Positions 38,768 through 52,180 of a stretch of 64,000 bases of DNA are shown here, in pieces (position 1 is the stretch's first letter; the number at the start of each line of letters is the position of its first letter). The position numbers and the translations under genes are program-made. The stretch covers positions 36,518,001-36,582,000 of the forward strand of contig CM022670.1 in NCBI GenBank assembly GCA_012295275.1. The letters are read 5' to 3'. The stretch is from Chrysomallon squamiferum (taxonomy: Eukaryota; Animalia; Mollusca). The notes beneath the pieces were generated by a model, which did no database searches, was not told the DNA's origin, and worked only from the letters and a program-made list of their open reading frames with translations.

Positions 38768-39419
38768 TGGATGATTTTCAGTAAACAGCACAAAGCTGGA
38801 ACATTCTGTAACCATCAGTCAAAAAAGTGAATTAGAACGATGCAGCATTTCAATAGAAGTAAATATTTAATGTAAAACAATGTGCTAAAGGTGAAAATAT
38901 TTACTGCATGGGTATAAATCAGATTCATCTATAGTAATAATTATTTTCTTCACATAAATTGTATTTTCCTTATGTTGGATATTTTTTTATTCATTTTCTT
39001 TAATATTGGCATATGTCAGATATATAAACTTAAAAAGGTTCAAAAAAAAAAAAAAAAAAAGCTATGCACATTTGATAACTTTATAGTTAGATAATTTTTT
39101 AAATACAGAATTTAAAACGGCTATCTCATTTGACACTGAGGGTAAGTATTTAAGTTAACAGGTGTTCAACAGCTAAATTATTTATTAATTTATTTATTTA
39201 TTATTATTACTTTATTTTTGTTTTGGACTTATTGATATATACATGATTGGATTTCATTGTTGGATTATTAGTTTAATTTTTTTTATTTTTATTTTTTTTT
39301 ATTATATATATATATATATATATATATAATTTGACTTTTAAAAAAACAAACAAAAAAACTCTTGATTATTATATATTTTATGAAATTTTGATTAATATAT
39401 TATTTATTTTTTAATGCAG

Positions 39420-42400
39420 GTGAAGACTGCCTACAAGCTGCCAGTTCTGTACCTCATTGACTCCATAATAAAGAATCTTACATCAACGTTGTATCCAAGC
39501 TTTTTTGCTCAAAATATTGTCCAGATGTTTTGTTCAGTTTTTTGAAGAGGTTAGCAAAGTCCCCTTTGAGAATATATTTAAATGTTTTCTTCACAAACTT
39601 AAGAATATGTAGTTCATTTCACAGCTATCCAGTCTGAACAGGTTATATAGAATTTGGTTATATATTTAAAAGAAATTTTGTATTTGAATGACTTGAATGG
39701 AAAAGAAATCTATAAATCACTCTTATTCTCAATTTTATTTTTTTTATTTTATTTATTTATTTTTACATTTTACCACATCACTTGCCCATTAGTATCAACT
39801 TGATGTGTTTTATACATAATAAAGTTTTAGAACTATGACTTCATTTATTTTTCTTTATTGTTACTGTTCACAGAATTGATATTGTCACATAAAAGCTGAC
39901 TTCGTTTAATCTATTGTTATACGAACTTGCTGCGTTGGACAAATAACATTTTCAGCTGGACTAAAAAAACTATACTGATAGTTGGTTATATTTGTTTAGG
40001 TCTGTAGATTTAAAAATAATAAAAAATAAATTCTATTTTTGCTTTTATTGCATGTTTCTCAACATTTCTCAGTTAATTGGGTCACCTTATTTAAAGGTAA
40101 GTTAATGAGAAAACCAAATGGTTTCCTGCTGTCATATAATGCTGCACATTACTATTCCAACATGACTGGAGCTGAATTAATAAATTGTCCAAATCTGTAC
40201 TTGACATTTTGCCAGATAAAAATGGTTTATGAAGTTTTGTGCATTAAAAAGTGAAATGCTAAATAAAAATAGATTTTGCTGGATTTTAGGTAAGTGATGA
40301 ATGTTCTTTTTGTGACATTTGCTTATGTGATATAAACATTTGAAAAAATAAATATGAACTTGCTGCTGTCAAATGATCATATTCAGAAGATTGCATAATA
40401 AACAGCCTGGTGAAAATGGGATGAATTTTTGGTTGCAGTCAGGAAAAAATACTTGCATCAGAAGAGTGGAACAGAAGGGAACTACTATAAGATCATTACT
40501 AAAATGTAACTTTAACATTAAAAAAATATGTGTGTGTGTATTTGTTAAATTGTTGATTTATTTTATTATTGTAATGATTTATTAAAATGGTATGAAGATG
40601 GGTAAAAGCAGCTCTGGTCATGTTGGAGACCACTGAAGGGTTAATAAATAGAGCATAAAATAAAATTAATGGAAATTATTTTCAGAGAGAAGATGTTATG
40701 AGTTTTTCTTGTTAATTTCAGAGGGATAGGGCAGTGTGGTTTACCAGTTGTTTGGTAATATGCACGTAATCTAAGTACAAGATGAATTTCTTTAGAAGAT
40801 CTCAAACCCCCCAAAAACCTCTGTCAACTTTTAAAATGACATTAAGCAGGGTAGAAATGAATTGTACTGATTTTTGAAAAAGAAAAAAGAGAAATGTGAA
40901 ATGTTTGCTCGTGGAAAATGCCTTAAACATTTACAAAAACCTTTTGGAAGTTGTAAGAATACACGCAACAAACAATATGAGGGAAAGCTTTTTTTCAATT
41001 TAATTATAATAGTTTGTGGTTTTTATTTTTATTATATACACATTCATTTACAACTTCATCTCGGAGAACTGGTGTTTTTTTATCCTGCTGTGTTTGCATT
41101 AAAATTTAGAGAAGGTGTTCCAGTTGAAATCTTGGGATGAGCTGTGAGATAAAATGGGTAAAGCTGTAGCCTCAGCCATAATGAAATAACTTCTTGACGT
41201 AATTTAAAACACGGCTGTTGAAAGATGGTAATAAACAAATTAATGAACATTTTTAACTGCAAGTGTGGATGGAAGATCTTTCTCACATAATCTTTAGGAT
41301 TTTAGAACAAAACACTGAAATCAAATGTTTTAAAAGAAAGGAGAGAATATACTGATGTAAACAAATTCAATGTAATTGAGTTTTTCATGCTTTGTTTTTC
41401 CTGAAATAAATTGGTGTTTTGTGGGATAAAATTATCCTTGGCAAGGGTATTGAATTTTAAAACTGCACCGTTGAATTTAGTAATATCAAATAGGGTTCTT
41501 TTAACATTAACCTGAAAAGCATTAAATGCTTCAGTTCACCACTGGTTTCATTTTTCAAACTTGATGGGTGTTTTTTTTCTCATGAATTATTGAACAGCTT
41601 TGGTATACGAATAAAACATCTTTGCAAGCACAAACTAGACATTTGATATAGAAACATTGCTTCAAAAAAGACCAGAGTTTTAAATAATTTGTGGTCACAG
41701 TAGCCTACTATTTTAATTTTCCAGCATTTATTTTCTATTGCATGTATTTGTTTATTATTGTGAAATATGGACTTCAATTCTCAACAGGTGGACGAAAGAA
41801 CAAGAGGGCAGATGTTCAAGTTGAGACAAACCTGGAAAGATATTTTACCCAACAAGAAGTTATATGCACTTGATGTCCGTGTAAACATGATAGATCCTGC
41901 TTGGCCAATCACTGCTCATGCTCCTGAGCAAACCACAATACATGTTAATCCGAAGTTTCTCATGCAGGTAAAACAGGAAACTATTAGGGTACACAGATTA
42001 CTCTAATAGTAAACAACTTTTTAAAACTATTATCAACAGTTTTTTTTATCAATGAAAAGTAACATTCTATGTTTTTTTTAAAATAAAATAAAAGCAATAA
42101 AGATTCGTACAGAACCTAGTACTTGAAATAATTCTATTTTATTATTGTTTAAAATGATTTTAAAACAATGACTGTTAAGAATTTTTATTCATTAAAAGAT
42201 TTGTATGTGCTATAATTAAGTCACATAACTGAAACGCACCATAGGTACATGAAGTAAATTCTTTAGAGAATGACTGGAAAGTTACGATAACAATTAATTT
42301 AGAATTGACTCTTTTAAAAAAATGTTTTCATGCATGTTGACATTCTATTGCATACATAAAATATGAATGAAAAGGTTTTAGACATGGTTAATATTGTTTA

Positions 42401-45400
42401 GGTCACATTGAAATAACTAAAAGAGTAAATAAAAATATTTTTAACATAAAAGATGTTTTATTCCCAATACTAATGATGATTGCAAACAAAATAAATAAAT
42501 GTTCTATGGAAAACTGCAGTTGAATCTATTTTTATAATTGAGATGCTGGTCGATGCTACAAAAAATATAATAGTGATAAATAATTGGAATAGAATATAAC
42601 ATAAAAGACGATAATTATTTCAACAGCAAATGGAAGAGAAAGCTGCAGTAGGCAGATTTTCCCCAACAACAGCTTCACCCCCACCCACAGATGAAGAAGA
42701 GCTAATGAGGAGACAACTGATAGCAAAGGAGCAGGAACTTCAGAAAATGCGCTTAGAACTTGAATTAGCAGAAACAAAGGCAAAGTTACAACTCCAAAGA
42801 AAACAGGTAGTTAAATAAAATGTATTTTTTTTTTAGTTAGTTGAGTGGTTGTTTAAATGCAGGAATTAAAGTATATTCTATAAAAACATTTTCCCAAAAA
42901 ATATTTAATGGATAAACAGAAACCTTATAATTGAACATTAATTACTGTATTGTATTTATAAAAGAAAATTTTAAAATTTCTTCTATTGTTGGTCTTTGTA
43001 TTATTTAACCAAAAATAAACCTCATTTTTTTTTTCTGACACTGAATTATTTTAAATGTCTATTTTGAAGTTAGATGTTTAATTATATTTTATTATGAATA
43101 TTTCTTAATACATTGAACGTTTATTTATTTATTTATTTATTTATTTAAAATGCCTTTTTTTTTTTTATCTCAAATTTTAGCTTGAAGAATCAAAGAAAAC
43201 CCAAAAAGTAGATTCAGACAGATCTATTTGGCAGGCACTTCAAATTAATCCATTAACCTCTTCATCTGGAACTACTACAACATCAGAAACAAAGCCACAA
43301 CCAGCCATCAAACGTGATCCTAGACTGGCTTCTCGTGATCCTCGCAAAGCAAGGACTCAAGCTCAGATAGCTGCAACTGAAAAAGCAAAAGCATCTACTA
43401 CAGCTAGTTCTGGTTCACAACCATCAAAGCAGCCCAGTATATCATCATCTGCTCCATTAGGAATGAACGTGAATCAGCCTATACAGCCAAATCATTCTGT
43501 TGAAGTATCTCAAAATTTTGCACCACAGTTTCCACCTCAGCTCCCATTGTTTATGAACACTGTCTTCTCTAAAACTGGAATTACACCAGCTCATTCAGAA
43601 ACAAATAGTAAGCATCCATCTTCAAACAAAGTTGAACCAGCAAAGATTACAGGTTCTCAGAATGCTGATCAACCAAAAACGTCTTTCAACAAAGAATGTA
43701 CAGCAAAGACTGGAGCAGTTACCAAAGGTTCAGATAAACAGAACACACCACTGAAAAAAGACAGTAGTCAAAAAGTGGTGCAAAAGAAAGATGGTGATAG
43801 TAAAAGCCCAATAACTGGTTCTAATGAAAATGAAAAAAAGAAAAATGAGGTTGACAGACTGTCAAAGATTGGAAGTACTGATTCTAAATCTAAAGATAAA
43901 GATGTTAAGACTAAAGATCATACAAAAAGCAGAAGTAGAAGTCCAAGAGACAAACATAAAAATGATAAATCCAAAGATCCCAAACCCAGACATGAAAGAA
44001 AATCATCAAAAGAAAGAGAGCGTGATCGAAGACCTATTAGTGAATATTCTCGAAGAAGGTCTAGAGAAACCGAGCACATAAGAGACAGAGGTAAACCAAT
44101 ATTTAGAGGGCACAGAGGTGATTTTCATCATGGAGATTTTGATAGAAGTAAGCATCGGGACATTCATGACACAATGGACAAATCACCCTCAAGATCCAGG
44201 TCACCAGGAGGAGATCACCTTCGCAAAGTACCAAGTAGTGAGGCAATAAAGACCAAATCTGATGCAAATAAAGCTTTTGTAAAGGTAGGGAAATTGGATG
44301 TTGAATCAGAAACTAAAACTGACGACGTCCCAATGCCTCCTATACCACCAGCTAGTATTCTCACAGATGCAAAGAAACGAAATATTGATCAGCCTGCAAT
44401 GGAAATGCCTTTAGATCTTCTGCTGCCAAAAGAATCAGAAAAACAAATGCGTCCATCAAAGAGATCATCTGAACATTTAGATATTGATGAAAGGAATCTT
44501 TCAATTCCTGGTCCTGATGACAAGAGACAGAGAATGGATCCACTGAAATTGATGATGCCAAAGCCTTCATCAGACCTGAGGTAAATAATCACATACACAT
44601 TTGAAAAAGTTTTATAATTTTTATATCACTATGTCACAATCTGTTTGAAAATGTTAAAAGTAAATATTTCCATATTTTTAAAATTATAATCAATTTTTTA
44701 AGAAAAAAAAAATTACAATAGATACTGCAAAATAAATTAATTTAAAAAAAATGAAATGTTTACTATATATAATAATTACACAAGAATTCTGTTCTAAACC
44801 TTGAATAATAAACTATGACGTTACTTTAAAATTATCTTTTCTTCTTTAAAGTGATCTATTTGGAGGTGAGGATGTAGACTCACCGTTTAACATCTGGACT
44901 TCTTCCAATGAAGAGCCCACTTCAAGCACAGTGGAATACATTCAAGGCATCTCACCCTGATGAGTATGGTCCAGAAATGGAGAAACTGAGTTCTAAGAGT
45001 ACAACCCCAGAACTTTTAACACCTGGTGATGTGGATATGAGGAAAATGCCTCCCTTGTCACCCTTTTCACCATCACCTCAAAAAGCAACCACTCCTCTTA
45101 CTCTGTCTTTACCTAAGGCATTGCGATTAGACCACCAGGAAGAGATCCTAATTCAGGCTCATAAGCAGCTGGAATCTGGTAAAATGAGTCATGACCAGCA
45201 TCAGAATTTGCTCAAACAATTATCTCAAGTGTACAGTTTGCAGAGACGAGAGATGCATTCACCTGGATCTCTTCAGAATCAATCCTTGACACCTGCAAAA
45301 TTTGAAGAAATTGACGAGATCCAAGACTAGCTTCAAAGCAAAAAAGTTGGGCTGAAATTGAGAGTGGTGGAATAAATCGTGATCCAAGACTAAGTGCCAG

Positions 45401-48400
45401 AAAACTACTAACAGAAGATAAAACTGAGCAAAGTCCCAAATCAGAAGTCAATCCTGAAGCTACTGATATTGACCATCGGAAGAAGATTGTGACTGAACAA
45501 AATCCTGAAGAATCAAAAGCTGTTGATCCTGCTATCAGTGCAGTTAATAAAGATGATGTGCCATCCGATGTTGATGACAGACACATTAAAAAGGATAAAT
45601 TGGTTTTACCAAAAGATACAGATGCAAGACAGGTTGACAAAGTTTCATCAAGTACATCTGAAATTATTCCATCCTCTGAAATAAAAAAGGAAAAAATATC
45701 AGTTCCAGTTAGCAAGGAAAAAGAATCATCCATGATTACTGATCCTAGAGTTCCAACAGATATTGATTCCAGGCAGATAACTAGTGTGGATTCTAAGTCA
45801 AATGAAGATAAAGATTTCAGAAAAGCAATCGCAGTTCATCCAAACCAGCAAATGGATGTTGATTCAGATTCAAATGTTCTTGTTGATAAAGATCTCAGGA
45901 TACCTGCTGGTAGATCTGACAGAGATCCACTGCTTAATGAATCAAAGAATTATCCACAATCAGGAAGACATCCAATGGATAAGGATCTCAGAGTGCCTTT
46001 TGATAGAAATAGAAATCCTGTCAATGGGGATGAAAGGTACTGGGCAAGTGATAGGGACTTCTCTGAGGATCGTGATTTCCGTCGACATCCACCATCAGAA
46101 TTCATTGATCATGACTTCAGACATGAGTCACATATAGCCAGGGGTGAGATGCTCAGACACCCAGAACGACACCACCTGGAAAGATATGATCAGAGGCCCA
46201 TTCCTCATAGAAATGAGGGTCGTTGTCCTGAGTTTGGTATTGAAGAGAGGCATGATGTTCTTGATGAACGAAATTTCCATGAACCTCGACCTTATTTCCC
46301 TACTAAAAGGCCTCCAAAAGCAGATATGTACGGACCACGTAGACATTCACCATATGATAGTTTTAGTGAGGATTATCATAATTTGTCTATTTCCAAACCA
46401 GAGGACACAAGATCTGATATTGACAGATATGATGATCCTCGCTGGGTTACAATGCGTGGAATGACCAATGCTGAAATGCAGGAAGAAGTTATGATTGACA
46501 AAAGACCATATGAAATTAAAGTTGGAGGACAGCCCAGAAAGATTAGAATAGGTCCAGGAAGATCCTGTGTTCTCTATGTAGATCCTGTTAAACGAGGTGT
46601 TATTATAGATGGTAAATTAGTGTATAGGTTTGGTGAACCTGTGAAGGATGTAAACATAAATGGTAAAATTGTAAAACTTTTTTTCCATGGTCTGCCAAGA
46701 ACATTCTGGATTGATGGACATCAGTATGAATTGAGAATAGATGCTCCACCAAAGCGTATTATTATTGATGGCATACCTTATGGATTTCAAATAGATGGCA
46801 GAGATATGATGATATTGGTGGACAGAATGGAAAAGGGCACTTTAGGAGGTCCACCGAGGGAAATAATACTAAATAATAAAAAACATGAAATCAGGTTTGA
46901 TCCACTGCCAAGGGAGATTTTAATAGATGGTCAGTTCTGTGAACTTAAACTTGACCGAAGAATACCTGTGGTAATTTATAAAGGTCGTCCTCATGGCATT
47001 CGATTTGATGGACCACCTAGAACTGTATACATTGATGACTTTCCTTTTTTTGTTGTTCCAATGGATGATGCAGTGAGGGTTAAAATCAGAAACAGACCAC
47101 ATTATCTTGCTTTTGGTGGTCCAGCTCATGAAATTATCATAGATGGAAAATGGTTTGAAGTGAAGTTTGATAATGTTCCTAGAGAAATTCTCTTGGGCAA
47201 CAATACTCACTCCGTAAGATTGGAAGGGCCTTGCCCAACAGTTAAGATCCTTGATGAAATACCAATAGGATATGAAGAAATGATGAAGACTCCTTTGCCA
47301 TCAAGAGAACATGCATTCAGGTCACCAGGAATTCATCACTTAGAGGAATCTAGTTTCTCTGTTCCAAACAGAATGATAGGTCCTGTTAGAACTGCTGGAC
47401 CCAGGCCTGAGGCCTATATTCAAAGGCCAGTAGAACCAAATCATGATAGCATGATGCAGGGTCCTAGAGGACCTGGACCAAATCCTATGATGCAAGGTCC
47501 TAGAACTCTAGGACCAGATGGTATGATATCAGGCCCAAGAGGACCAATGGTTTCTGAAGGCATGCAGCAGCGATTTGCAATGCCTGGAACTATGCCACAG
47601 GCAGGAATGATGCCTCAGCTTGGCGCAGCTGGTTTGCAGCAAGGACTTGGACTGCAAGGCTTTAATCCACTCGTCTCACAACAGATGCAAATTCAGTCAC
47701 AAATGCCTGGCATGATAATGGCTGGACTTCAAAATTTGAATCAACTGCAGCTTCAGCAGCAGTTGTTGCCTGTCAGTATGGGGGCTTGGGAATTGGTGGT
47801 CTCCTTCAACAAAATGGTAAGTTTCTATTTTATTCTTTTTATTTAATATTATTATTATCTATATTATTACTATTATTATTATTTTTTAATTAAGTGTGGG
47901 GGTGTGCAGGCAATAAATGCAGTTTTGTTTTGGGCTTACTAGAGCATACTTGATTTACTGATATTTATTATGATCTTTCAAAAGTTTAAAGACTGTGGTT
48001 ATGTAAGGGACTTAATATTTTATTTTAAGCTCTAGCAACTACGTCAACACTTGGGGTACCAGTACTGTCCAATCTCATTCCTGCTGCAGGTGAGTTGGCA
48101 GTTCTGTTTAATAAAACTTTAATATCCTGCTACAGAATGTTGAATATTTTTCCATTTCAAAACAATTTGAAGACAAGTTTTTAAAAATAACAATAAGTTG
48201 TTTCTAATAAAGGAGAAAATTAGTAGCAGTAATGTTAGAATTTCATATTTACAGCGCTAATTTATCATCTTATTACGTGATATATTGTAGTTCATAAAAA
48301 TACACTTTATCTTGTATAAATAGATCACATTAAAATAATTACATGCTTGTGGTTGAATATAACTGATATAAAATTTTAGCATAAAGAAATAATTGTTATA

Positions 48401-48623
48401 TTGTAATAACTTGCAGTCACTACACCTGCCTCAGCCCCACCAATCGATATCAACTCACTGTTCCAAAAACTTCTTGCAACTGGCATCATAAAGAAACCAG
48501 AATCTGCCGAGTCCAGTGAAAACAAAAAAGAAGAAACGAAGACTGAAGAACCTTCACAGACAGAAGACCAGAAATTCAAGGTACAAACAGATACTGGAAT
48601 ATATTAATTTTTCATAATGTTTT

Positions 48624-48654
<31 letters not shown>

Positions 48655-51212
48655 TTTTTTTGTATCTTTTATTTGTTCTGAGTGTATGTAATCCTTTTTT
48701 TTAATTTTTTTTAATAAGTAATGCAGTTATCTTATCTCGAAAGAAACTTGCAAGAATTTTTTTTTTTTTTTAAATGAATGGAGATGATACAATCAAGTAC
48801 ATCAGTTAAATGTTTTCCAGCTTTTTACTAAATATTTGTATTTTTAATGAATTTTATTACATTAATTAAATTTCAGATGCCAGAAATTAAGAAAGAAGTT
48901 ATCGAAAAGATTCCACCTCTTTCACTTAGCAAACCTGAAGATTTCAAGAAGTAAGTTAAATATTTATTTTCATTCTTAGTAGTATGTTAATCTGTTTCGT
49001 TAAATTTGGTTAAATACAAGTATCCTTGCTTCAAAACATTTTCTGTTGATAAATGTTACTGATTATAGTTGATGTCATTTTCTAAGTTATTTTTCTCATG
49101 ATTAAAGCATATACAATACATTTACTTTCATTACTTGTTACTTACTTAATATTCCCCAAGTCCTTCTGATGTTGACAAATTAATTGTTGAAGATGTTGCC
49201 TTTTTCTACACTATTGAGAATCTGAATTTTAATTTATGAGAATACATTATATATATATATATAATACAAATTTCTGATAACTGCACTGTTATTACCATTA
49301 TTATTATTATTATTGCTTTTTTTGCACAATACTTTGAAACTGTTCGTTCATTAGAAATGTTGTTACCTTGGTTATATTCTGTAATAACATTGTTCAAAAA
49401 TTAGTACTGAAAGATGAAAAATGTCAAACTAAATTCACTTTCCTGCTTGTTGAATATTAATAAGGGATTACTGTCAGTGTGATGTATATTATAATTGCTG
49501 CATTAAATTTTTTATATAAAATATTTTTAAAACGTTTTCAGAAATAAGTCACTGGTAATGTCATTTTTATTTACAGACCATACAAGGGTGTAGTTCAGGA
49601 GCTGTACACAGGATTACAGTGCACTTCATGTGGGGAACGTTTTAGTTTCCTTCAGACAGAAAGATACAGAGAACATCTTGATTGGCATTTCCGCAAAAAC
49701 AAACGAGGCATGGACGACCTGAAGGTGGCACGAAACCGAGACTGGTATTTTAAGATAAATGTGAGTTGAACTATTGTTGTTGTTTTTTGTTTGTTTGTTT
49801 ATACAATGGTTTTTTTTTTTTAATTATTTGCTTATTTTAAGATGTCTTAATTATGCTTTGATTTTTTTCCAAATATTTTATGTTTTAACCAAGAGAAGAA
49901 TGATATAATTATTAAAGAGTTATATTCATTAATTGTAAAGAAATTTATTTTATCAGATGTTTTGTTTTCTTATCTCTAATGAATTTTTTTTTCAATTTTC
50001 AGGAATGGATTCAGTATCAAGAAATAGAAGAATCAGAAGAAAAAGGTTGGTCATTCATTAATATTAGTTTAACCTGTTGCACAAAATAGTTTGATTCACT
50101 TCACAAAAAAATCATTAATCAGAAGAAATATTTTTTTAATATCTTTCCTTCCATGTAAAATTTTATGGGAAAAGCCATTTAGTTAAATCTAACAATAATG
50201 TTAATGTTTGTTTCAGGTCGCAGTCAGATATTTGAGCAGATGATGCAGAACACACCAATGGAATCAACATCAGTCAGTGTCAGTCTGCCACATGGTTCTG
50301 TTGTTGACCAATGTCCAGCAGCATCAGATGAAGATGGTGGTGATGTAAGTTTAATGATTTGTAAATTATTGATTACTTTTATTTTATTTTTTTTATTTTT
50401 TTATTTTTTTATTTTTTTTATTTTCTTTCAATTGCTCCTACCCCAAATCATCTTTTTAAGAAGATTAGTAGAATTTGAAACATTTGAGAGCAAGTGAAAT
50501 TTAGAAAAACGAAATAAAGAATATGTATAAATTATTAAAGAACTATAACTGGTTGCATTGTTTTTTTTATTTCTAATTTATTTAGTAGAGTATATTATTA
50601 GTGTTTAATAAATGATAAAACAACACAATATATAGAATAAAAACAAATTTCCCAACAATATTTGCTGCTGAAACATAATTATCTTGTACTGATAAAGATA
50701 ATACAAGTGAAAATATGAACAAGAAAATGTTTTTATAAAGTTATAATGCATTGTCACGTAAGACATACATTCTCAAAAAAACCATAATGTAGTTGTGAAT
50801 TTTTTCACAGATGTCGGTATTTAAAAAAAATCTTGATAATTCATTGAGATTTAATTAAAATATTTATTTATAATAACTTCACAGATCCATTATGACAAAG
50901 TATTTTTATTATATTAAATATACTTCAGATTTGCTGTATTTGTGGAGATCCATTTGATCAGTACTGGCATGAAGAAAAGGAAGACTGGCATTTGAGAGAT
51001 GCTATCAGAGTTGACAACAAAATATACCACCCAGTCTGCTATGAAGATGCACGTGAAGAGGTTAATGTTGTCTAAATTTCATAGATATAATTTGAAGATG
51101 CTGAATTCATTATGTTTACATATCATTAATTTATTTATTTTTTTTTTTTTTTCCAAAATTTCCATTCTTGTAATGCAATATCCAGTTATACACATCATTT
51201 ATTATTATTAAT

Positions 51213-51243
<31 letters not shown>

Positions 51244-52020
51244 TTAGTTCATGCTCAAATTTTACTAAAGAAGTCTTATTTTTGTTTTAGCACATTTTTA
51301 AATTAAATGTTGTAGTTTTCTGGTTTTTCTTCACATGCTATACTTATTTCAAAACTGCTTTGAATAATTATTAATAATTTGATATCCATTTCTCGCATAA
51401 ATTCAGTGTAACAGCAAATTTACTGGATTTGATCAATTACATTTTATATATTTCTTTTTTGCATTTATAGAAATTTTAACATTTTACATTCTCAAAAGTT
51501 AAATTAAAAAAAAAGATGTATGTATTATCTTATGTCTTTTTAGGGTGGCATTGTGGAGTCAACCCCAACTCCTACGACAGATCTCAGTGTTAACCCTTTG
51601 TCATCAGAAATTAAGAACGAGGAGTCGAAGGATCCTAAAGATGTCAATTTGCCACAGAGCACTCTTTTAGAGAAGTCAGAAATTTCGAAAACCGAAAATC
51701 CAGAAATTCAGCAGAAAGAACTTGTAAAATCTAATGACATTTCATCGGTCGAGATTAAACAGGAACCTGTAGACGCTGATGTTTCTGCTAAATCAGAACT
51801 GGCCAGTGACATACCTCACAGTGCTGCTTCTGTTGTTGTGAAACAAGAACCAGTTGCTGTGGAAATGATAATTTCTGAATCAGTCGGTGGTGAGCAGACT
51901 AGTGCAATTACTTCAGTCATTCAGCAGATCTCTTCTGTTAAAACAGAGCCAGCCTCTCAAACCTCAGCAGTGAAAACTGATGTTCCCTCAGGTGCTATTA
52001 AAACAGAAGCTAAGGACTAA
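39420..52020 (+). CDS. PCF11: Pre-mRNA cleavage complex II protein Pcf11 (5' exon missing); exons 39420-39549, 41788-41967, 42627-42806, 43181-44580, 44852-47816, 48036-48089, 48417-48580, 48877-48950, 49577-49760, 50003-50045, 50217-50344, 50929-51060, 51544-52020
   Basis: CID: KLPVLYLIDSIIKN...VDERTRGQMFKLRQTW...KKLYALDVRVNMIDPAWPI; RDPRL motifs; IDINSLFQKLLATGII; zinc finger LYTGLQCTSCGERF...HLDWHFRKN; Clp1-binding RDWY...EWIQYQE; second zinc finger CCICGDPFDQYWHEEKEDWHLRDAIRVDNKIYHPVCYED. Four 1-bp indels are needed to keep frame. Confidence 0.95.
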
Positions 52021-52094
52021 TTCGTGAAATGTGATATTTCTCACAACATTCTGTTATTACTTTATTGTTGTTGTTGTTGTTTGTTATTTAAAAC

Positions 52095-52180
52095 AATAAA
52101 AATTTGTACAAAATGATATTCTCAGCTCCAGTTAAATTTGTAGATAGGAAAAAAAAAATAAAAAAATAGTAATAATAAAT
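52095..52180 (+). terminator. Candidate proximal poly(A) signals of PCF11
   Basis: AATAAA at ~52095 followed by TGTA, with further AATAAA at ~52157 and ~52174; weak evidence in AT-rich DNA. Confidence 0.3.

Noticed and set aside
38356-38815. ORFs containing X runs
   Set aside because: They span the N gap.
38480-39420. Physical linkage of the CARD array to PCF11 as a functional cluster
   Set aside because: Separated by a placeholder gap of unknown size, with no functional link evident.
43824-47210. Alternative-frame and antisense ORFs over PCF11 exons (e.g. 45212-45733, 45784-46137)
   Set aside because: Shadows of the main coding frame with no recognisable motifs.
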